Positions 1 to 9,272 of a DNA stretch of 63,402 nt are shown piece after piece. The stretch comes from Coriobacteriia bacterium (lineage in GTDB: Bacteria > Actinomycetota > Coriobacteriia > Anaerosomatales > PALSA-660): the NCBI GenBank assembly GCA_025361505.1, contig JANYKZ010000052.1, positions 1 to 63,402 on the forward strand. Reading direction: 5' to 3'. The stretch's first letter is position 1. Every line of letters begins with the position of its first letter. The notes beneath the pieces were generated by a model. It saw only the letters and a list, made by a program, of their open reading frames with translations, made no database searches and was not told the DNA's origin. The position numbers and the translations under genes are program-made.

Positions 1-20
1 GCCCACCACGTATGCGACGG

Positions 21-59
21 AGGCCCCGGCTCATCAGAGTCGGGGCCTTCTGCTGTTCC
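21..59 (+). terminator. Intrinsic-terminator-like hairpin, copy A of a paralogous pair
   Basis: AGGCCCCGGCTC-ATCA-GAGTCGGGGCCT (12-bp stem with one G-U) followed by TCTGCTGTT. It probably terminates a + strand gene lying upstream of the window. Confidence 0.5.
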
Positions 60-151
60 CCTCATTCGGGTTCGGGGTAAGACGTACCGTCAGAACGCAG
101 AAGCGGGCGGCTACGTGTAGCGCAGCTGCCCCGGAGTGGGAGGTGCCACGA

Positions 152-1216
152 ATGAAAGCACTTGGATCAGGGCGCCGGGTGAAGGCATGGGTCGGTCTCG
201 CGATCGCCACACTCGTTGTGGTGGTGCTTCCGACCGTCGCTTCGGCCGCGGTCAACCGGTTCGACCGGGCAGGCAACCTTCTCATCGCAGACCAGTTCAA
301 CAACCGCGTGATAGAGGTTGCGCCGTCCGGCAAGATCGTGTGGAAGTTCGGTACCGGCAGCTCGGTCGCCGGCGCGCACACTACCGTGGCACCGAACGAC
401 GCCGAGCGCATCGGTGGCGGGATGACGCTGATCTCCGGCACGGGCGCGCCTGCGGGCACCCCGGGCTACCCGACCGGCGGTGCGATCGACAGCCGGGTGC
501 TCATCGTCAACCACGGACGCCACATCGTTTGGCAGTACGGTAAGGCGGGCGTGAGCGGCAGTTCCTTCAACGAGCTCAATGCCCCGGTCTGCTCGGTGTA
601 CCTCGGCGGTGGAAAGGTGTTGATCACTGACCAGGGCAACCAGCGTGTGATCATCGTCAATCGTCAGAAGGCCATTACGTGGCAGTACGGGCAGACGAGC
701 GTGGCCGGCGCCGACCCGGGCATGCTGAACAACCCGAACAGCGCCGAGTTGCTGCGCAACGGTCGAGTCCTGATAGCGGATGAGAACAACAACCGGGTGA
801 TCGAGGTCACGAAGGGCGGCGCCATCACCTGGCAGTATGGGTCGGTGGCCGACACCGCCACCCTGAACGCTCCCGCGTTCGCGAGTCGGCTCCCGAACGG
901 CAACACCCTGATCTCCGATTCGTTGAACAACCGCATTGTCGAAGTCACCAGATCGAAGACGGTCGTCTGGACGTACGTTACGAATTCGCGGCCGGGTAGC
1001 GTCGCGGATCCGATTCCCACGAGGGCCGTTAGGCTGCCCAACGGCAACACCGTCATCTCCGATCAGTTCAACCATCAGGTCATCGTCGTCAACAAGGCGG
1101 GTGCCATCGTGCGCAGCTACGGGCACGTCGGCGTCCTCGGATCGGATCTGGGCTTCCTGAATGCGCCGTACGACGCGAAGGTGATCGGCACGTACTTCGG
1201 TCTCACGAAGCCGTGA
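152..1216 (+). CDS. Secreted NHL-type six-bladed beta-propeller repeat protein
   Basis: ORF 143..1216. ATG 152 lies 8 nt after GGGAGG. N-terminal signal/TM segment KAWVGLAIATLVVVVLPTVASA. Six ~55-aa repeats carry LIADxxNNRVIEV ... ITWQYG-type motifs (DQFNNRVIEV, DQGNQRVIIV, DENNNRVIEV, DSLNNRIVEV, DQFNHQVIVV). Confidence 0.8.
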   Translation: MKALGSGRRVKAWVGLAIATLVVVVLPTVASAAVNRFDRAGNLLIADQFNNRVIEVAPSGKIVWKFGTGSSVAGAHTTVAPNDAERIGGGMTLISGTGAPAGTPGYPTGGAIDSRVLIVNHGRHIVWQYGKAGVSGSSFNELNAPVCSVYLGGGKVLITDQGNQRVIIVNRQKAITWQYGQTSVAGADPGMLNNPNSAELLRNGRVLIADENNNRVIEVTKGGAITWQYGSVADTATLNAPAFASRLPNGNTLISDSLNNRIVEVTRSKTVVWTYVTNSRPGSVADPIPTRAVRLPNGNTVISDQFNHQVIVVNKAGAIVRSYGHVGVLGSDLGFLNAPYDAKVIGTYFGLTKP

Positions 1217-1329
1217 CGCCGAGAGTTGCGGGCTGTCACACTGCGGCACGGCGCGGACGCCGGCCCTGACTCGGTCGGTCACGTTCAGGTTCCGAGCTCG
1301 CACACGATGGTCCACCGCGTACATGACGA

Positions 1330-1369
1330 AGGCCCCGGCTCAGTAGAGCTGGGGCCTTCTGCTGTTTCG
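1330..1369 (+). terminator. Intrinsic terminator-like hairpin, copy B (paralog of 21-59)
   Basis: AGGCCCCGGCTC-AGTA-GAGCTGGGGCCT followed by TCTGCTGTTTCG, 114 nt downstream of the NHL gene stop. 33 of 37 nt are identical to copy A. Confidence 0.55.
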
Positions 1370-1578
1370 ACCTGATCGAGCCGGGACGGCCCTGCGCCAT
1401 ACGGGCGCGCCCGTCGGTCCATAGGAAGTGCGGATCGGGAGTGACAGGGCGCGCCGGCGCGGCGACCGCGGCGCCGTTCGATCCGCGCGGCACGACTTGC
1501 ATGCCCTTTGGGGAACAATCCGACACGACAGTGGGGCAAGGGTCGGCCTCATGGCTGACGGATGAAGGGCGAGAACGT

Positions 1579-1938
1579 ATGGGGCCTTCCGATCACGTCT
1601 CGGCACGTGTGATGAACGATGTGGTCCACGATCTCAGCGCAGGCCTCGTGCCGGCGCAGGCACTTGCCCTATGGTTCGTACGGCAAGGCGCGCAGTCGGC
1701 GCTGGCACCCGATGCGTTCTCCGCGCTCGTGCGCGGCTGGTCGTGGATGGTACTGGTCGTCTTCGTCGCGATAGCCCTGCTGATCTTCACGGGATCGGTC
1801 CGGCTCGGGTACCACACTCGCAACCTGCGCCAAGACGGCGTGGCGGCCCAGGGACGCACCGCGCTCATCAAACACGCGGTCATGGCCGCTCTGTTCGTAG
1901 GGGGCGTCGTTCTCGCCTTCATGGCGATCCAGTCGTGA
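1579..1938 (+). CDS. Hypothetical small membrane protein (start uncertain)
   Basis: Within ORF 1441..1938. Hydrophobic segments WSWMVLVVFVAIALLIFTG and AVMAALFVGGVVLAFMAI. Start chosen at internal ATG 1579 after a weak AAGGG. I recognise no family. Confidence 0.35.
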   Translation: MGPSDHVSARVMNDVVHDLSAGLVPAQALALWFVRQGAQSALAPDAFSALVRGWSWMVLVVFVAIALLIFTGSVRLGYHTRNLRQDGVAAQGRTALIKHAVMAALFVGGVVLAFMAIQS

Positions 1939-2089
1939 CCGTACGAAGCCATGGGTGCGATACCGCTGTCGCAACGCACCGCGCACCTGGGCCCGCGGAC
2001 CGGAAGATGCCGCCCGCACACAGTGGAGTGAGCGGTTGCGACGATGGGCATATCCGGATGGACCTGCATCGCGGACGAGGGAGCACACA

Positions 2090-2473
2090 GTGGACGAGTT
2101 CATCGAGCTGACGAGCATCGAGGGTTTCGAGAACGACACGATGCGTCAAGTCGACCTGGAGGGACACGAGTTCCTGGTCGCACGCGTCGATGGGGAGTTC
2201 TACGTGACCGATGCGCGGTGCGCCCACCTGGGAGGGCACCTGGCTCGCGGCGTGCTCGAAGGCACGGTCGTGACGTGCCCCCTGCACCACTCCCAGTACG
2301 ACCTCCGTGACGGCAGCGTCCTTCGATGGACCGACTGGGAGGGTCTGGCGCTCTCGGCGGCGAAACTGGCACGGCATCCCCGACCGATCCGTGCCTACGC
2401 GAGCAAGGTCGAGGACGGCAAGGTCTGGGTCGGTCCGCAGAAGGCGTGCCCTCCGGTGGAGATCGCCGGGTAG
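2090..2473 (+). CDS. Small Rieske [2Fe-2S] domain protein
   Basis: ORF 1955..2473. Likely GTG start at 2090 after GAGGGAG. Rieske ligand motif CAHLGGHL-x13-CPLHHSQYD (CxH...CxxH). Confidence 0.8.
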   Translation: MDEFIELTSIEGFENDTMRQVDLEGHEFLVARVDGEFYVTDARCAHLGGHLARGVLEGTVVTCPLHHSQYDLRDGSVLRWTDWEGLALSAAKLARHPRPIRAYASKVEDGKVWVGPQKACPPVEIAG

Positions 2474-2579
2474 CGTTTGAAGATCGAGAGCACAGCGAAA
2501 GGCCCCGGCACGCTCGAGTGCTGAACGCGGGGTCCTCTCGCCGTGGCTTCACACTCCGCACCGACAAGAGGAGCATCCG

Positions 2580-3092
2580 ATGGATATCGACAACGTCGCG
2601 TCAGTTCGCACCCCGATCGCCGATGACATCGCTCTCGACGAGCTCATAGCGCGCTATCTGTCGGGACCCGCGCTCGTGCGCGACACGATCCTCGGGATGG
2701 ATGAGGCCCAGCTGCACGCCCGGCCCATCGCCGGGAAGATGTCCACTCACGAGGTGGTCACCCACATCGTGGATTCCGAGGGCGGCCTGGGCGGACGCAT
2801 CAAGCGTGCGATCGACGGCGAGGAGATCCCCGTCATGCAAGGCATGGGCGGACATCCCGAGCCCACGAGCGACCCGAGCCGCGATCTCGACGCGGATCTC
2901 CGTCGGCTCGAGGCGGCGCGGAACCGGATGGCGGAGGACCTTCGCAGACTTCCGGCGGAAGGGTGGGGACTCGCGGCGCTCCGTCGAGAGGACCGCGTCG
3001 TGACCGTGCGGCAGCTGCTGATCATGATGGTGCGGCACCTCGAGAATCACGTCACCGCGATCGAGGAGAAGCGCGCGGCGCTCGGACTATAG
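2580..3092 (+). CDS. DinB-superfamily (DinB_2-like) metal-dependent protein
   Basis: 170-aa ORF with AAGAGGAG RBS. Four-helix DinB-like pattern with His residues (THEVVTHIVDSE ... VRHLENHV). Confidence 0.7.
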   Translation: MDIDNVASVRTPIADDIALDELIARYLSGPALVRDTILGMDEAQLHARPIAGKMSTHEVVTHIVDSEGGLGGRIKRAIDGEEIPVMQGMGGHPEPTSDPSRDLDADLRRLEAARNRMAEDLRRLPAEGWGLAALRREDRVVTVRQLLIMMVRHLENHVTAIEEKRAALGL

Positions 3093-3180
3093 GACGCCGG
3101 CCGGCGCCATGTCTGGCGCGGGCTCGCGGGGGAGAAGAACCAACCGTCGGGAGTGCTCGAGTCGGAGGGGAGATCCGTCG

Positions 3181-4845
3181 GTGAAGCGAACGCGGCTCGT
3201 CGGTCTTCTGTGCGTCCTGGCGGTCGCCGGGACGCTCCTCGCCCCCTCGACCGTGGCGGGGCGCATCGGTGCGGTCCTTCGCTCTCACACGCCGATACGC
3301 GCGGCCGCGCCCTACATCGGTACCCGGCCCTCTTCGGGTTCGGGCGTAAGCGCCGCCGGGCTCAACATCCAAAGCACGAGCACGAACTGGTCCGGCTACA
3401 CGGTCCAGACGTCGTTCCCGACCGGAGCGAGCGGTTCCGTCAGCGACGTCAAGGCGTCGTGGATCGTCCCCCAGGTGACGGGCGGCACGACGGACGCCTA
3501 CTCGGCCAACTGGATCGGGATCGACGGCTACTCCAGCCCGACGGTCGAGCAGATCGGCACGGAGCAGGACTGGATCTCGGGAGCCCCGTTCTACGCCGCG
3601 TGGTGGGAGATGTATCCCGGTGGGTCGGTCTCGATCGACACGCTCGACATCGGTCCCGGCGACGTCATGAATGCCGAGGTGCGCTGGATCAGCGCCAGCC
3701 AGTTCAGCCTCACACTGATCGACGTGACGAAGGCACAGGGTTTCCAGACGGTGCAGACGATGCCGGGCGGCGCCCAGCGCAGGTCCGCGGAGTGGGTGGT
3801 CGAGGCGCCCGCCGACGCGAGCGGCATCCTTCCCCTCGCCGACATGGGACCCTCGTCGTTCACCTCGTGTGACGTGACGGTCAACGGGGTCGAGGGACCG
3901 ATCGGCGGCGCGGGATGGGCGTTCGACGCCATGACCATGATCTCGGCCAACGGCGGGGCGACCTTGGCCAGGCCGTCGAGCCTGACTGCTGCGGGTACGG
4001 CCTTCGTGGTCACAGAGCCCGGCGGCGTGGACAGGGTCCCCCCCACGACGGTGTCGGACGTGGTGTCCTCGTACGACAACGTGGCGATCGCTCACCTCAC
4101 GGCGGTCGATAATCCCGGTGGCTCCGGGGTGGCCGCTACGCACTATCGGGTCGACGGAGGCGCGACGCAGACGGGCGTCGTCGTCACGATCCCGACCTAC
4201 GGCCCGCACGCGCTCACGTTCTGGTCCGTGGACAACGCGGGCAACGTGGAGACCGCCCACACGACGTCGCTCATGGTGAACGACACCATCCCGCCCACGA
4301 CGGTATCCGACGCCGCGACGACCTACGCGGGCCCGGCGTCGATACGCCTGACGGCCACGGACAATGCGGGCGGCTCGGGCCTCGCCGCCACCTACTACAT
4401 CGTTGACGGCGTCGTCCGTCAGACCTACGTCGGCGCTCCGGTGACGGTCACCTCCGCCGGTTCTCACACGATGACGTTCTGGTCGGTCGACAACGCAGGG
4501 AACGTCGAGGCGACGCGGTCGGCGAGTTTCGCCATCGTGGGTGTCCGGCGGACGACGGCGACACTGCGGGCCAGCGCCGGATCGCTCCTTCGCTACAAGT
4601 ACGTCGGGCTCTACGGCACGCTCTCGGGAGGGGCGGCGGCGGGCGCGGTCGTCCGCTACGAGGTCCGCAAGCCGGGGTCGACGCGCTACGTTCTTGCGGC
4701 GACTCGGGTCGTGAGCGGCTCAGGCGCTTCGTCGTACCGGTACAAGTTGATGGCGCGCGGCACCTACTACTTCCGGCTTCGTTTCCTTGGGAGCCCGGGC
4801 TTTGCCGCGTCGACGTCCCCGGCGGTCAGGGTGGTCTCCCGGTAA
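3181..4845 (+). CDS. Secreted glutamic peptidase (family G1/eqolisin-like) fused to two Ig-like repeats and a C-terminal beta-rich domain
   Basis: ORF 3109..4845. GTG 3181 begins the signal peptide VKRTRLVGLLCVLAVAGTLLAPSTVAG. G1 hallmarks: NWSGY, ANWIGIDGY, VEQIGTE (catalytic Gln position), YAAWWEMYP, SAEWVVEAP (catalytic Glu position). Two repeats follow with the motif ..TTVSD..Y....I.LTA.DN.GGSG.A.T.Y.VDG.......G.H..TFWSVDNAGNVE. Confidence 0.7.
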   Translation: MKRTRLVGLLCVLAVAGTLLAPSTVAGRIGAVLRSHTPIRAAAPYIGTRPSSGSGVSAAGLNIQSTSTNWSGYTVQTSFPTGASGSVSDVKASWIVPQVTGGTTDAYSANWIGIDGYSSPTVEQIGTEQDWISGAPFYAAWWEMYPGGSVSIDTLDIGPGDVMNAEVRWISASQFSLTLIDVTKAQGFQTVQTMPGGAQRRSAEWVVEAPADASGILPLADMGPSSFTSCDVTVNGVEGPIGGAGWAFDAMTMISANGGATLARPSSLTAAGTAFVVTEPGGVDRVPPTTVSDVVSSYDNVAIAHLTAVDNPGGSGVAATHYRVDGGATQTGVVVTIPTYGPHALTFWSVDNAGNVETAHTTSLMVNDTIPPTTVSDAATTYAGPASIRLTATDNAGGSGLAATYYIVDGVVRQTYVGAPVTVTSAGSHTMTFWSVDNAGNVEATRSASFAIVGVRRTTATLRASAGSLLRYKYVGLYGTLSGGAAAGAVVRYEVRKPGSTRYVLAATRVVSGSGASSYRYKLMARGTYYFRLRFLGSPGFAASTSPAVRVVSR

Positions 4846-4951
4846 TCGCGTGCGGGTCGGCACCGTCTGCTGCTATCCTCGGAGCGTGCTGGCGTCCAGC
4901 GCCGTCGGACGGAGACCGTCCGGACGGAGCAACGCGAGGAGGGGGCTCGAG

Positions 4952-5329
4952 GTGGCCGGTCGCAACAGGTGGCTCGTGGTCCTGGTCTTGGTCTGGTTCG
5001 CCTACTGGGTGATAACCACGGCCTGGGCGGGAGTCGAGGTCGGCCGGTCGACCGTATCGTCCTACGTGCTCGGGACGAGTCAGTCCCGGTTCACCTCCGA
5101 CGGCGCGGTGAACGCGAGGCTCGGTCACCCTGACGCCCGGACCCTCAAGGTCCTCGTGGCGGGAGTGGGCCTCGCTCCGAGCACCCCCACCGATCGGCTG
5201 CGCCCGATCATCACCTACGAGGTGCAGAACGCCGACATAGCGGTTCGCGTGCCTCGCATCGACATCCGCGTCACCCTGGAATGGAAGAGCGACGGCTGGC
5301 ACGCGGCGGCGATGGACGTGCTGCCCTAG
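4952..5329 (+). CDS. Hypothetical membrane-anchored protein
   Basis: Within ORF 4787..5329. GTG 4952 lies 6 nt after GGAGGGGGG. N-terminal TM segment NRWLVVLVLVWFAYWVITTAWAG. No recognised domain. Confidence 0.4.
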   Translation: MAGRNRWLVVLVLVWFAYWVITTAWAGVEVGRSTVSSYVLGTSQSRFTSDGAVNARLGHPDARTLKVLVAGVGLAPSTPTDRLRPIITYEVQNADIAVRVPRIDIRVTLEWKSDGWHAAAMDVLP

Positions 5330-5414
5330 CCTCGACTCGTGTGATCCGGGCAGCCGTAGGCGCGCGCCGTGATGAGGAGTAGTCTGGAACGGCCAACGAA
5401 GAAGGGGAGGCGCG

Positions 5415-7322
5415 TTGCCGGTCAAGACCGACGTTCGTCCGCGCACCATGCCCTTGTGGGCCAAGGCACTCCTCCTGTTCGCGTCGTTCCTCGTCGCCTC
5501 CGAGATCGGCAACATGCTCTCGGTGCAGAGGACGTTCGCGACCTTCTGGCCTCCGGCGGGCCTCTTCCTCGGAGTGCTCCTCATCGCGGACCGCGAGGAC
5601 TGGCCGATGCTCATCCTCGCCGCGATCGCGGCGAATCTCTCCTCAGACCTCCTGAACGGTCGCACTCTGCTCATGACCGGGGGCTTCGCGACCGCGAACG
5701 CACTGGAAGCCATCACGGGGGCCACCCTGGTCGCACGCCTGATCGGCAAGCGGCCGAAGTTGAGTTCCTTACGTCAGGTCCTGGCCTTCACGACGATCGG
5801 CGCGCTGCTGGCACCGGTCATCGGCGCGACCGCCGGCACCGCCGTGATCCTGCTGGCGGTCCCGGGCGCGACGTGGTGGACGACGTGGACCACCTGGTGG
5901 ATCGGGGACGTGCTCGGGATCGTACTCGTGGGCTCCGTCGTGCTCGCCGCCGTGGGCTGGTGGGACGACTACCGTGACTCCCGACGCCGCGACCTGCGAC
6001 GCAGGCTGAGGCCACTCGGTTACGCCATGCTGGCCGCCGTCCCGTTCGGCGTCGTGGGCAACGCGATCTTCGCACCTCTCGGCGGAGCGACATCGTGGAA
6101 GTTCCTCATGACTCCCGGCTACCTGATCGCCGGCATCGTGGGCGGGCCCCTCGGGGCGTCGGTCGGGTTGTTGACGATCGCGCTCGGCGCCCTGTCCGGT
6201 CTGGTGCGAGGGGCGCCGGTGGCGGGGCTGGCCGCGTCGTCCCTCGCCGTGAGCGTGTTCCAGGCACAGGCGTTCTTCGTCGTGGGCGGCATCGCCACAC
6301 TGGCGCTGGCCGGGGTCATCGCGGAGAACCGGGAGAACGCGGCGAACGCCGAGGAGTCCGCGAGCCAGTTCCGGCAACTGTTCGACACGATGCGCGAGGG
6401 CGTCGCGTATTGCCGGATGATCTACGACGACGCGGGACGACCGGTCGACTGGATATATCTTCAGGTGAATGAGGCCTTCGGGGCGCTGACGGGGCTGCGG
6501 GATGTCGTGGGGCGCCACGTCTGGGAGGTTCTGCCCAGCCTGGAGGACACCAACCCGGAACTCTTCGACATCTACGGAGCCGTGGCGTTGACCGGCACCC
6601 CTGCGCTGTTCGAGTCCGAAGTGGTACCGCTGGAGCGGACGCTCCGGATCTCGGTGACCAGCCCCGCGAAGAGCGAGTTCGTGGCGGTGTTCGAGGACGT
6701 GACCGGTCGCGTCACCCAAGAGCGTGAGTTGGCGGCAAGCAACAAGCGGCTCGAGAAGATGGTCTACGACGTCGCCGAGGCGATGGGAAGCGTCGTCGAG
6801 GCGCGCGATCCCTACACGCAGGGCCACGAGGTCCGGGTAGCCGCCCTGGCGCGTCGGATCGGCGGGGAGATGGGTCTGCCCGAGGACGCCCTTGACGAGC
6901 TCGGGATGGCGGGACTGCTGCACGACATCGGCAAGCTCCGGATCCCGGCGGAGATCCTGACGAAGCCGGGCATCCTGTCGAAGGCCGAGTTCGCGCTGAT
7001 CAAAGAGCATCCGGCACAGGGCTACGACATCCTCGCCCACATCGATTTCGGCTGGCCCGTGGCCGACATCGTGCTGCAGCATCACGAGCGCATGGACGGC
7101 AGCGGCTATCCGGCCGGTCTGATGGGTCCGGAGATCTCGGTACCGGCGCGCATCCTGGCCGTCGCCGACGTCGTCGAAGCCATGGCCTCGCACCGGCCGT
7201 ACCGGCCGGCCGTCGGGCTGGAGCAGGCCATCAACGAGATAGCCACGCATCCGGACTCCTACGACAACGAGGCCGTGGCGGCCTGCATCCGGCTCTACGA
7301 GCGGGGAGAGACCGGGCTGTAG
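5415..7322 (+). CDS. MASE1-PAS-HD-GYP signalling protein (probable c-di-GMP phosphodiesterase)
   Basis: 635-aa ORF with TTG start after GAAGGGGAGG. About 300 aa of polytopic N-terminus (MASE1-like), then a PAS-like segment (FRQLFDTMREGVAYCRMIYDD..WIYLQVNEAF). HD-GYP motifs: HEVRVA, LLHDIGKLRIP, HHERMDGSGYP. Confidence 0.85.
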   Translation: MPVKTDVRPRTMPLWAKALLLFASFLVASEIGNMLSVQRTFATFWPPAGLFLGVLLIADREDWPMLILAAIAANLSSDLLNGRTLLMTGGFATANALEAITGATLVARLIGKRPKLSSLRQVLAFTTIGALLAPVIGATAGTAVILLAVPGATWWTTWTTWWIGDVLGIVLVGSVVLAAVGWWDDYRDSRRRDLRRRLRPLGYAMLAAVPFGVVGNAIFAPLGGATSWKFLMTPGYLIAGIVGGPLGASVGLLTIALGALSGLVRGAPVAGLAASSLAVSVFQAQAFFVVGGIATLALAGVIAENRENAANAEESASQFRQLFDTMREGVAYCRMIYDDAGRPVDWIYLQVNEAFGALTGLRDVVGRHVWEVLPSLEDTNPELFDIYGAVALTGTPALFESEVVPLERTLRISVTSPAKSEFVAVFEDVTGRVTQERELAASNKRLEKMVYDVAEAMGSVVEARDPYTQGHEVRVAALARRIGGEMGLPEDALDELGMAGLLHDIGKLRIPAEILTKPGILSKAEFALIKEHPAQGYDILAHIDFGWPVADIVLQHHERMDGSGYPAGLMGPEISVPARILAVADVVEAMASHRPYRPAVGLEQAINEIATHPDSYDNEAVAACIRLYERGETGL

Positions 7323-7349
7323 GTCGCTGCTTCCGCAACGGGGCATAGC

Positions 7350-7381
7350 GAAGGGCCCGGAGCTCGCGCACCGGGCCCTTC
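7350..7381. terminator. Bidirectional terminator hairpin between convergent genes
   Basis: GAAGGGCCCGG-AGCTCGCGCA-CCGGGCCCTTC (11-bp perfect stem), between the HD-GYP stop (7322) and the minus-strand gene stop (7405). Confidence 0.6.
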
Positions 7382-7404
7382 GTCATCCGCTGAGCCCGGA
7401 TCGA

Positions 7405-8082
7405 CTAGTGGATCCACGCGAAGGCGGTGGCCGCAGACGCAACGTGGGTCAGGTCGGCGTGCGACACGACGATCTTCCACGAGCCCTTCTCGACCGGCTT
7501 CCACTTCAGGCTCCACTTGGACATCTGCGAGTTCTGGTACGTCAGGGTCGCGATCCTGGGCTGCAGGTGCTGGACCCAGACGCTCTTCCTGAGGTGCCCG
7601 ATGCCGTGCTTGCCGGGGACCGTCACGGTCTCGAGACGGAAGAATGTCACGGTGACCGTCGCGCCGTTCTCGGCCGGCATCATCTGGCCCTTGACCGTGT
7701 AGCCTCTACGGAAGCTGCCGTTGATCTGGGGCTTGACGAGGTTCGCCGCTACCGAGACGGTCGACGGATCGCTCATCATTCCGTCGTTGGTCCACGCCTT
7801 GTAGGCGGTCGTGACCTTGGGCTTGACCGAGAAGCTCGGATGGGCCGTCGTGACGATGGTGGCCGTCGTCCACGTGGCGCCGTTGGCGGGCATCGCAAGG
7901 ATGGCCGCCGTCTCAGGGCCGGAGCCCGGGAACGTGACGGTCAGCGTGGCGTTGTGCGGGTACTTCACTGTCACGGCTGACGGGCTGATCGTCAGTACCG
8001 CGACTCCCGCCGACGCGACCGCGGCGACCGCGAACACGGACACAGCCGCGAACGCGATGGCCAATCTCTTTCCTGTGCGCAT
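7405..8082 (-). CDS. Secreted beta-rich (Ig-like) protein, function unknown
   Basis: Within ORF 7405..8265. ATG at 8082 is preceded by GGAAGGAG. Signal peptide MRTGKRLAIAFAAVSVFAVAAVASAG. The C-terminal ~90 aa resemble the C-terminal modules of the proteins at 3181-4845 and 37219-38556. Confidence 0.6.
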   Translation of the reverse strand: MRTGKRLAIAFAAVSVFAVAAVASAGVAVLTISPSAVTVKYPHNATLTVTFPGSGPETAAILAMPANGATWTTATIVTTAHPSFSVKPKVTTAYKAWTNDGMMSDPSTVSVAANLVKPQINGSFRRGYTVKGQMMPAENGATVTVTFFRLETVTVPGKHGIGHLRKSVWVQHLQPRIATLTYQNSQMSKWSLKWKPVEKGSWKIVVSHADLTHVASAATAFAWIH

Positions 8083-8128
8083 GGCGCTCCTTCCACCCGG
8101 ACCCCGAAGGGTCGACGTGAGGCGGACT

Positions 8129-8332
8129 CTACACCTTCCGGACATTGGTGGCCTGCATGCGGCCGTTCTGCCCGGCGGTCTCCTCGAACTCGACTTCCTG
8201 ACCTTCGTCGAGAGTCTTGAAACCCTCACCTTGGATCTCTGAGAAGTGAACGAACAGGTCCTCACCGCTCTCCTGCTCGATGAACCCGTACCCCTTGTCG
8301 GGGTTGAACCACTTCACCTTGCCGCGTGCCAT
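8129..8332 (-). CDS. cspA: Cold-shock protein (CspA family)
   Basis: [34 protein letters not shown]... contains the RNP1 (KGYGFI) and RNP2 (VFVHF-like) motifs. 67 aa. Confidence 0.95.
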   Translation of the reverse strand: MARGKVKWFNPDKGYGFIEQESGEDLFVHFSEIQGEGFKTLDEGQEVEFEETAGQNGRMQATNVRKV

Positions 8333-8550
8333 GAGTTCCCGCCCTTTCGTGTTGCCGTTCGATGCTCTCTCTATGTACCCGCTGAGCGCGTCGGGCACGC
8401 GGCCGGAGCGACCCGCCGGGCGAGTGCAAGGCCCCTTTCGTCGGATCCGTCTGCGAGCCGGGGAGTGAACCTGCCGATAGGCGTGGGCATACCACCGTGA
8501 GGGTGCGGTGCGCAGTAGCCCGTCTCGGCGTCGACGGCAAAGGAGCCCCT

Positions 8551-9066
8551 ATGGACCACTGGACGGCACACGCGTTCCACGCCACGGTGGTGTCGCCGCG
8601 CGGCATGTACGACGACGTGACGATGGGATTCAGCGACGGGTTCGTCACCTTCGCCGGTCGCCCTCTGCGGAACTGGCGAGCCTGGACCTGGATCGGGCTG
8701 GTCGTGCGTCTCGCGCTCCTGGCGGCGGGGCTTGTCGCTTTCGCCACGATGGTGGCTCCGGCGGTCCTGTCGCGAGAGCTGACCTCGGGCGTGGTCCTCC
8801 GGTCGGCTGCCGTGATAGGCGTATGGGCGCTGTCGCTCTGGATCGCGGGGACAACGCTGCGGAGGTTCAAGACAGCGACGAGAGCCCGTCAGCCGGAGCG
8901 CGTGGCCAAGGTGCCGGTGGGCGACATCGCGACCGTCGGACTGTCCGGGCGGACGCTCCTCGTGCGGGCGCCCTTCGACCAGCAGAACCGGTCAGGGCGC
9001 TGGCGTCTGAGGCTCGACTCGCGGGATCAGGGAGAGAGCCTGCTGACGCTGATCGGCCACCGCTGA
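8551..9066 (+). CDS. Hypothetical two-TM membrane protein
   Basis: Within ORF 8497..9066. ATG 8551 follows AAAGGAG. TM segments [26 protein letters not shown] and [15 protein letters not shown]. The soluble C-terminal ~60 aa may be PH-like (guess). Confidence 0.5.
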   Translation: MDHWTAHAFHATVVSPRGMYDDVTMGFSDGFVTFAGRPLRNWRAWTWIGLVVRLALLAAGLVAFATMVAPAVLSRELTSGVVLRSAAVIGVWALSLWIAGTTLRRFKTATRARQPERVAKVPVGDIATVGLSGRTLLVRAPFDQQNRSGRWRLRLDSRDQGESLLTLIGHR

Positions 9067-9272
9067 GGTGTGCCGGTCGGCGCGTGCATAGACGTCGGCG
9101 GGTTCCGGCCCTCAGTGCACAATCGGGTCTTGCAGACAAGCCGGAAAGTATGTTGTATGCTTTCGCCGCGGACCGAATCGCGGGCCGTAAGTTTGCGGCC
9201 GGACGAATCGCTTTCGTTGCGGTCAGTCTGGTCGCTTTGTTTTGCCCTGATGGGGCGGAAGGTAGGTTTGGT

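Noticed and set aside
2500-2536. Third copy of the AGGCCCCGG... terminator hairpin after the Rieske gene.
   Set aside because: The stem is imperfect (C-U and G-G mismatches) and it has no T-rich tail. It is mentioned in a finding but not called as a feature.
8508-9272. 322-aa ORF ending in the second csp sequence (a 'giant Csp').
   Set aside because: The upstream 255 codons are Arg/Gly-rich and overlap the 8551-9066 membrane-protein gene in another frame. A normal 67-aa Csp starts at ATG 9273.
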